64,000 nt of DNA from Candidatus Helarchaeota archaeon. GTDB lineage: Archaea; Asgardarchaeota; Lokiarchaeia; Helarchaeales; RDOG01. Positions 58,338 to 64,000 of this stretch are shown here, piece after piece (within the stretch, counting starts at the first letter, position 1; every line of letters begins with the position of its first letter). The position numbers were made by a program, and so were the translations under genes. The notes beneath the pieces were generated by a model. The model saw only the letters and a list, made by a program, of their open reading frames with translations. It was not told the DNA's origin and ran no database searches. Where the stretch lies: NCBI GenBank assembly GCA_019058315.1, contig JAHPZH010000002.1:1339726-1403725 (forward strand). Reading direction: 5' to 3'.

Positions 58338-59801
58338 TCAATCCTCATTAATTTGCGCTAATGATTTAGCCAATTTTTTCTTCTCTTCTAAGTTAGCTAA
58401 ACGACTAATCATAATTCTCTGAGCTTGGGGAGAACCAGCACCATGCATTGATTCAGTCAAGTAACCAACTGCTGCTCGACCAATAACCAAATTCTCAACT
58501 AAACGCATTATCTTTATTCGGTTTACAGTATCAATCCCTTCTGCTCCAGCTAAATACTTTTCAATAATTTTTCTAGTTTCGGGATTCTTTAATTCCTTTG
58601 CGCTTGGACAAGTAACAAACAATCCACCCGCAATATCCTGAAGAAGTCTGGCGATTTCAAATGGAAATCGAGTTACATTCTGTTTGCAAACATTTGCTAA
58701 CATTATATCTATTAGATAATTTCCTGACGGTGTTTTTTCTCCACAAGCAGAACAAGCCATACCGCAAGAGTACAGTGTTTCATTTAAATGAATCATTTCT
58801 GTTATTTTATCTCTAATATGTGAAGCTTTTTCAACTCCATTATATTCTGCAGCCGTTGCAGCGGCACCAATCAAGACATCCCCAACACCAACTTTACATC
58901 CTCCATAACTCTGGCGATGATAACCTGCAAAAGATGCAACTAGCCTTCCACAGAAATCAGTTTCTCCATTCATAAATACTCGTTCATTTGGAACAAAAAC
59001 ATCATCAAAAACTACTAAACATTCTTGTCCCCCAAATTGATTACCACAATCAATCCTTCCTTCTTCACACTGATCTAGCCAGCGTAAATCACAAGATTGT
59101 CTACCATAATAATAAGAAACTCCTTCAGCATCTGCAGAAATTGCACAGCAAATGGTAAAACTCTTTTCTTCGTTTCTCATTGTTAAAGTTGGCATAACTA
59201 GGTGTTCATGAGAATTGACTGCACCCGTCTGGTGGGCCTTGGCTCCTCGAACAATAACTCCATCTTCTTTTCTTTCCACTAAATGAAAAAAAACATCTTT
59301 ATCCTTTTGTTGGGACGGCCGTTTTCCTCGATCACCTTTAGGATCCGTCATGCAACCGTCAATAACAAAATCTTTGTCTTGTACCATTTTAACATATTCT
59401 TTGAACCGTTGGTGATAGTTTGTATTGTATTTCTTATCAATATCAAAAGAAGTCAAGTAAACTGCATTTAATGCATCCATACCAACACAGCGTTGGAAAC
59501 AAGTTCCGCATTTTTGTCCTAAAAGCCTAAGCATTTTTACCTTTTTCATGAGATCTTCTGTACTTTGATGAATATGACAAAATCTATTAATTGTGTTTCC
59601 AGTTAATGAGGATTTGGTTGTCATTAAATCCTTATATTTTGGATCTTGTGCCAACTCATAGGTAAGAGCCACTGAATTAATTGATGACCTGATAATTGGA
59701 TGTTCCACGGGATTTTCAATTTTTTCACCCAGTAAATAAATTTTAAGTGGTTTTCTTTCGCTTAAACTTTCTCGATATTCTTTACCCGTCATTAATGTCA
59801 T
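58338..59801 (-). CDS. abfD: 4-hydroxybutyryl-CoA dehydratase / vinylacetyl-CoA isomerase
   Basis: CFQRCVGMD, MTDPKGDR, GAKAHQTG, YHRQSYGGCK, ESMHGAGSPQAQ: Fe-S ligands intact. Confidence 0.92.
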   Translation of the reverse strand: MTLMTGKEYRESLSERKPLKIYLLGEKIENPVEHPIIRSSINSVALTYELAQDPKYKDLMTTKSSLTGNTINRFCHIHQSTEDLMKKVKMLRLLGQKCGTCFQRCVGMDALNAVYLTSFDIDKKYNTNYHQRFKEYVKMVQDKDFVIDGCMTDPKGDRGKRPSQQKDKDVFFHLVERKEDGVIVRGAKAHQTGAVNSHEHLVMPTLTMRNEEKSFTICCAISADAEGVSYYYGRQSCDLRWLDQCEEGRIDCGNQFGGQECLVVFDDVFVPNERVFMNGETDFCGRLVASFAGYHRQSYGGCKVGVGDVLIGAAATAAEYNGVEKASHIRDKITEMIHLNETLYSCGMACSACGEKTPSGNYLIDIMLANVCKQNVTRFPFEIARLLQDIAGGLFVTCPSAKELKNPETRKIIEKYLAGAEGIDTVNRIKIMRLVENLVIGRAAVGYLTESMHGAGSPQAQRIMISRLANLEEKKKLAKSLAQINED

Positions 59802-59967
59802 TTATTATTACATCCTTTCAAATTATATCCTAAAAAAAGTAAAGTTGTTAATCAGAATTAAAATAATATTATATAATAATAAATACTGTTTAATTAACAT
59901 AAAAATTACTGGATTGAAATTGAGGAGCGTTAAATACTTAAAAAAATATTAAATGGAGTTAAATTAA

Positions 59968-60141
59968 ATGGAATCAGAGTATTTGGAAGAAATTAAAGAC
60001 AAAATCGAGAAGTTAGAGGATAATCAGAATAAAATCAAAAATGCTTTAAATAAATTGAATTCAAACTTGAATGTAATTTTCAAGGATGTAAGATGGCTCT
60101 GCCGTAATGTCCGTACTTCATTGGAGAGAAGTTATCCTTAA
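59968..60141 (+). CDS. 57-aa coiled-coil micro-protein, family copy 1
   Basis: Below the ORF-track cutoff. MESEYLEEIKDKIEKLEDNQNKIKNALNKLNSNLNVIFKDVRWLCRNVRTSLERSYP; GGAG RBS; homologous to the 61.8 kb and 62.0 kb ORFs. Confidence 0.8.
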   Translation: MESEYLEEIKDKIEKLEDNQNKIKNALNKLNSNLNVIFKDVRWLCRNVRTSLERSYP

Positions 60142-60174
60142 AATTAATTTGAGATTTTTATTTTAAAAATTATT

Positions 60175-61677
60175 TTAAGCGATTTTCAACTTCCTAATCT
60201 TAATCATATGTTTTTCAACGCGATCCCCTGTTTTTTGCCTCCAATTCTTTAGACGAGTCTTCATATCCGAAAGTATTTGTGCATGGCTATTATCAAATAT
60301 CAAATTTTTCAATTCATAAGGGTCTTCTTTCAGATCATAAAGTTCATCCATATCACCGTCGTTCCAAACATATTTATAACGATCTGTAACTATCAAACGC
60401 CCTAAATGACTAACTACGTGTCCATGGGTTTCACACATCAAATCCTCACGCCATTTATTTACTTGCTGTGAACATAATGGAAGCAAACTTTGACCATCAA
60501 TTGGTTCATTAAAAGCGGTTCCAGCAACATCAAGAAACGTCGGAGCTAAATCAATATTGCTCACAAGTTCTTCGGACTTTTGACCCGCAGGTATTCTACC
60601 TGGATATCGGATCGCCATAGGAACTCGAACCATCTCCTCAGGCATATAGTAAGCTTTATCAAAATGCCCCCCATGACAAGCAAGAGCATCGCCATGATCA
60701 GACGCCCAAACTATTAAAGTATTTTCCGCTAATCCTAGCTCTTCTAGCGTATTGAGAATCTTCCCACCCGCCTGATCAATTAATGTTATTTGTGCATAAT
60801 TATAGGCTAATACTTTCTGCCATTCAGACCAAGGCAAGGGGTTTGGATGAATTAATTTACCATTTTTACTTATGGGATAATTAATATCAACTTTGTAAAT
60901 ATCGGGTTTATTTTTTAAATCATCTTGAAAACTGGGATACTCAGGAATGTCTGTTGGCTTATACATATCTAGAAACTCCTGAGTGGCATAATAAGGCTGG
61001 TGTGGACCCCAAAAATCTACTCGTAAATGAAATGGATGATTATTTTCCGTATTCGCTAGTTCCTTTAATTTATCGCAAGCTAAATTTGCTAGAAAAAAGG
61101 CTTCGTGGGTTTCTTTTGGTGTGGTCATAATACCAGTTGCATGCTCATTACACCAATCACCTTTTGGGCTAAAAAGTTCTCCCTCTTTTAAATTAAGCAT
61201 TTTTGCCCACGGTTTAATCATAAAATTACGCTGAATTCGTACCTGAAAATGAGGTAGATTATTCTTTTTTATATACTCCTTATATTCCGGTTTTGTATAA
61301 GGATTATTATAACTGGGATAACTGAATCCTTCACAATATTGCTCTTTAGCTGTTTTCGGTCCAGCATGCCACTTTCCAAAATAATAATTCTTATATCCTG
61401 CCTCTGCAAGTTTGGCTAGATAAGTTTCCCTATCAAAACGGTGTTTTGTATCATTTTTTATCTCACGATGATTATGTGGGAATAAACCCGTAAGCATGGT
61501 ACGCCTTGCAGGACTACAGAGAGGACAAGCAGTATATGAACGAACAAATTCTATTCCTCCAGCGGCAAGCTTTTCAAAATTAGGGCGCTGAATTTTTGGA
61601 CCACCTGCCATTTCTCCATGCCCATAATAGGATTGATGGTCATTCAACAAAAAAATAATATTAGGTTTTTCAGTCAT
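60175..61677 (-). CDS. Cys-type sulfatase family protein
   Basis: PNIIF..NDH, CSPAR formylglycine motif, GKWH, GPHQP, SDHG, DK, RVPM, ELYDL..DPYE..NL. Confidence 0.92.
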   Translation of the reverse strand: MTEKPNIIFLLNDHQSYYGHGEMAGGPKIQRPNFEKLAAGGIEFVRSYTACPLCSPARRTMLTGLFPHNHREIKNDTKHRFDRETYLAKLAEAGYKNYYFGKWHAGPKTAKEQYCEGFSYPSYNNPYTKPEYKEYIKKNNLPHFQVRIQRNFMIKPWAKMLNLKEGELFSPKGDWCNEHATGIMTTPKETHEAFFLANLACDKLKELANTENNHPFHLRVDFWGPHQPYYATQEFLDMYKPTDIPEYPSFQDDLKNKPDIYKVDINYPISKNGKLIHPNPLPWSEWQKVLAYNYAQITLIDQAGGKILNTLEELGLAENTLIVWASDHGDALACHGGHFDKAYYMPEEMVRVPMAIRYPGRIPAGQKSEELVSNIDLAPTFLDVAGTAFNEPIDGQSLLPLCSQQVNKWREDLMCETHGHVVSHLGRLIVTDRYKYVWNDGDMDELYDLKEDPYELKNLIFDNSHAQILSDMKTRLKNWRQKTGDRVEKHMIKIRKLKIA

Positions 61678-61764
61678 AATATCTACCTCATAAAATAGTC
61701 AGAGTCATAAATAATTAATAATATATCATATCAATTTGTTTTTCATTAAATGGAGTTAAATAAA

Positions 61765-61941
61765 ATGGAATTAAATATGGAAGAAATTAATAACAAATTT
61801 AAAAAATTAGAGGAAAACCAAATAAAAATCAAAAATGCTCTTGAAAAATTAAACTCAAACTTGAATATAATTTTTAAAGATGTAAGATGGCTCTGTAGCT
61901 GTGTGCAAATTAATAGAAAAGCGAGGAAATATCCTCCTTAA
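61765..61941 (+). CDS. coiled-coil micro-protein, family copy 2
   Basis: ...NQIKIKNALEKLNSNLNIIFKDVRWLCSCVQINRKARKYPP. Start chosen by alignment of the upstream DNA with copy 1 (ORF track: 61750). Confidence 0.8.
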   Translation: MELNMEEINNKFKKLEENQIKIKNALEKLNSNLNIIFKDVRWLCSCVQINRKARKYPP

Positions 61942-61997
61942 AATTTTTCAAATGTGAGATTCTTAATATTAAAATTAATAGAAAGGGGTAAAATAAA

Positions 61998-62198
61998 ATG
62001 GAACTTGAAATTTTGAAAGAAATTGAAAATAAAATTCTAAAATTAGAAGAGAATGAAAAAGAATTATTTAATAATCAAAATAAAATCAAAAAAGCTCTTG
62101 AAAAATTAAATTCAAACTTGAATATAGTTTTTAAAGATGTAAGATGGCTTTGTCATGTTTATAGTATGGCTCATGGAAGTAAATATGTCCCGAAATAA
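61998..62198 (+). CDS. coiled-coil micro-protein, family copy 3
   Basis: ...NQNKIKKALEKLNSNLNIVFKDVRWLCHVYSMAHGSKYVPK; AAGGGGT RBS. Confidence 0.8.
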   Translation: MELEILKEIENKILKLEENEKELFNNQNKIKKALEKLNSNLNIVFKDVRWLCHVYSMAHGSKYVPK

Positions 62199-62625
62199 AA
62201 TAAAAAAAGAATTTTTTTTAAAATAAAAAATAACAAATTTTAATATTCCTTTGGCATGTCCTTAAGTTACGATTGAGTAAAGACCATCTATACAAACATA
62301 TTTTTCTCCGATAATCAGTACCAGCTTAATGAAATATCTAAAGACTCAAAACATTGAAATCTTCCAAACCAAAATTAAAGAATTCTATCAAAAAGAAATA
62401 ATGTAAGAGATTTATTCTCAATTCTCTATTTTTATTTATTGGACAATACCTTTTTTTTGCTATAAATTTAAAGTCATGATCCGGTAAGTAATAATAGAAT
62501 ATTTAAAGAACTACTATCTATTTAAAAAATAATCGAAAAATACTTAATCTGGATATTTAATATCTATTTTTTAAAGGTATTAATAAACTGGATTTTTATA
62601 GAAAAATTCAAAGCTGGGAATATAA

Positions 62626-64000
62626 ATGAGGTTTAAAAAGCGAAATAAAATTCAAATCACGACCTTATTAACTTTACTTGCTGTATCTTTTATATTATCT
62701 ACCTCTTTCATTGATACTGATATATTACCAAGTTGGGTTAATAACGAGCCGACCCAAGAGACCATTGTGCCGTCAATTCCCACAGAGCTTCAAACTGCAG
62801 AGGCAGAGCTCGGGTATTGCGACACTCCAGGAGACGCATGGATGGTGGCAATATCGGGAGACATTGCATACGTCGCTGATGATACCTCTGGCTTACGATG
62901 CATTAACATAAGCGAGCCGACTAGCCCCTCCGAAATAGGTAATTGTTCTTTATCAGGACAAGCATTGGGTGTGGCAGTTTCGGGAGATGTTGCATACGTT
63001 GCCGCTTATGGTGATGGCTTACGGTGCGTTGATATAAGCGACCCGACCACCCCCTCCGAAATCGGCTCTTGTGCTCTCACAGGAAATGCACGGGACGTGG
63101 CAGTTTCGGGAGATGTTGCATACGTTGCCGCTCAAACTGGAGACTTGCGGTGTGTAAGTATTAGCGACCCGACCACCCCCTCGGAAATTGGCTCTTGTGC
63201 TCTCTCAGGATTTTCATACGGCGTGGCAGTTTCGGGAGATGTTGCATACGTTGCCGCTCAAGCTGGAGGCTTGCGGTGTGTAAATATTAGCGAACCGAAC
63301 ACTCCCTCGGAAATTGGCTCTTGTTCTTTCACAGGAAATGCAGTGGGCGTGGCAGTTTCGGGAGATGTTGCATACGTTGCCGCTTATGATGGAAGCTTGC
63401 GGTGTATTAATATAAGCGACCCGACCACCCCCTCTGAAATCGGCAATTGTTCTTTCACAGGACTTGCATGGGACGTGGCCGTTTCGGGAGATGTTGCATA
63501 CGTTGCCGCTGAAGCTGGAGGCTTGCGGTGTATAGACATTAGTGACCCGACCAGCCCCTCTTTAATAGCCTCATATGATACCCCTGGATCTGCATATGGC
63601 GTGGCAGTCTCGGGAGACGTGGCTTACGTTGTAGATGGTTCTGAAGGATTACGGTGCATCGATATAAGCGACCCGACCACTCCCTCCGAAATCGGCTCTT
63701 GTTCTCTATCAGGAAATGCATTGGGCGTGGCAGTTTCGGGAGACGTGGCATACATTGCAGCTCGTTATCAAGGATTACGGTGCATTGACATAAGCGACCC
63801 GACCGACCCCTCTGAAATCGGCTCTTGTCCTACTCCAGGAGCTGCATTCGGCGTGGCAGTTTCGGGAGATATTGCATACGTTGCCGATTTTGATGGAGAC
63901 TTGCGGTGTGTAAATATTAGCGACCCGACCACCCCCTCCGAAATCGGCTCTTGTGCTCTCTCAGGATTTTCATACGGCGTGGCAGTTTCGGGAGATGTTG
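62626..64000 (+). CDS. secreted LVIVD-repeat beta-propeller protein, 3' end runs off the window
   Basis: Not in the ORF track (no stop in window). MRFKKRNKIQITTLLTLLAVSFILS signal/anchor, then 42-aa repeats GVAVSGDVAYVAAxxxGLRCxDISDPTTPSEIGSC; frame open to the edge. Confidence 0.88.
   Translation, partial: MRFKKRNKIQITTLLTLLAVSFILSTSFIDTDILPSWVNNEPTQETIVPSIPTELQTAEAELGYCDTPGDAWMVAISGDIAYVADDTSGLRCINISEPTSPSEIGNCSLSGQALGVAVSGDVAYVAAYGDGLRCVDISDPTTPSEIGSCALTGNARDVAVSGDVAYVAAQTGDLRCVSISDPTTPSEIGSCALSGFSYGVAVSGDVAYVAAQAGGLRCVNISEPNTPSEIGSCSFTGNAVGVAVSGDVAYVAAYDGSLRCINISDPTTPSEIGNCSFTGLAWDVAVSGDVAYVAAEAGGLRCIDISDPTSPSLIASYDTPGSAYGVAVSGDVAYVVDGSEGLRCIDISDPTTPSEIGSCSLSGNALGVAVSGDVAYIAARYQGLRCIDISDPTDPSEIGSCPTPGAAFGVAVSGDIAYVADFDGDLRCVNISDPTTPSEIGSCALSGFSYGVAVSGDV
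62845..64000 (+). repeat. 126-bp coding tandem repeat, at least 10 units (last one partial)
   Basis: A gtggcagtttcgggagatgttgcatacgttgccg-like core starts at 62845, 62971, 63097, 63223, 63349, 63475, 63601, 63727, 63853 and 63979. Confidence 0.93.

Noticed and set aside
59968-62198. Diversity-generating retroelement as the source of the variable tails
   Set aside because: No reverse transcriptase or template repeat visible; the differences are not adenine-specific and include length changes.
62199-62625. Possible pseudogene fragment or ncRNA in the intergenic gap
   Set aside because: Only short interrupted frames; no recognisable homology or convincing structure.
34-63751. Many short ORF-track entries (e.g. 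34-255, 437-655, 877-1098, 6464-6823, 24918-25340, 28336-28536, 35982-36353, 53884-54408, 62678-62911, 63539-63751)
   Set aside because: They are antisense or out-of-frame shadows of well-supported genes, or low-complexity intergenic ORFs with no motifs.
62845-64000. Regular repeats with variable interspersed segments that could be mistaken for a CRISPR array
   Set aside because: The period is exactly 126 bp (42 codons) in one open frame, the whole unit is homologous, and there are no cas genes. It is a coding repeat.

Overview
An AT-rich (roughly 30% GC by eye), densely coding archaeal window. The gene content points to an Asgard archaeon of the Loki-/Helarchaeia type; this is inferred from a Rab-like GTPase, longin/DENN/NPRL2-like proteins, a gelsolin-domain protein and H4MPT C1 genes (ftr, mtd, fwdB/D, polyferredoxins). 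The centrepiece (about 32.8-55.9 kb) is a divergent locus. Leftward it runs Lrp regulator-dsrE-dsrF-dsrH-gcvH(LbpA-like)-lplA. Rightward it runs dsrE2-like-hdrC-hdrB-hdrA-tusA, followed by two more large HdrA proteins, a split QmoA/QmoB-like HdrA pair, three MvhD modules, a coiled-coil/winged-helix/ferredoxin protein and a second hdrCB. The lipoyl carrier sits where DsrC sits in dsrEFHC operons, which suggests a lipoate-based dithiol/sulfur carrier serving a multi-HdrA flavin/Fe-S complex. Other highlights are a probably inactive Ftr paralog, a CdrS-like ribbon-helix-helix gene missed by the ORF track, three paralogous micro-proteins with a conserved body and hypervariable tail, and a GC-rich secreted LVIVD-repeat protein built of 126-bp repeats at the right edge. 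I saw no rRNA, tRNA, CRISPR array or transposase. All family calls come from motif recognition, not database searches.
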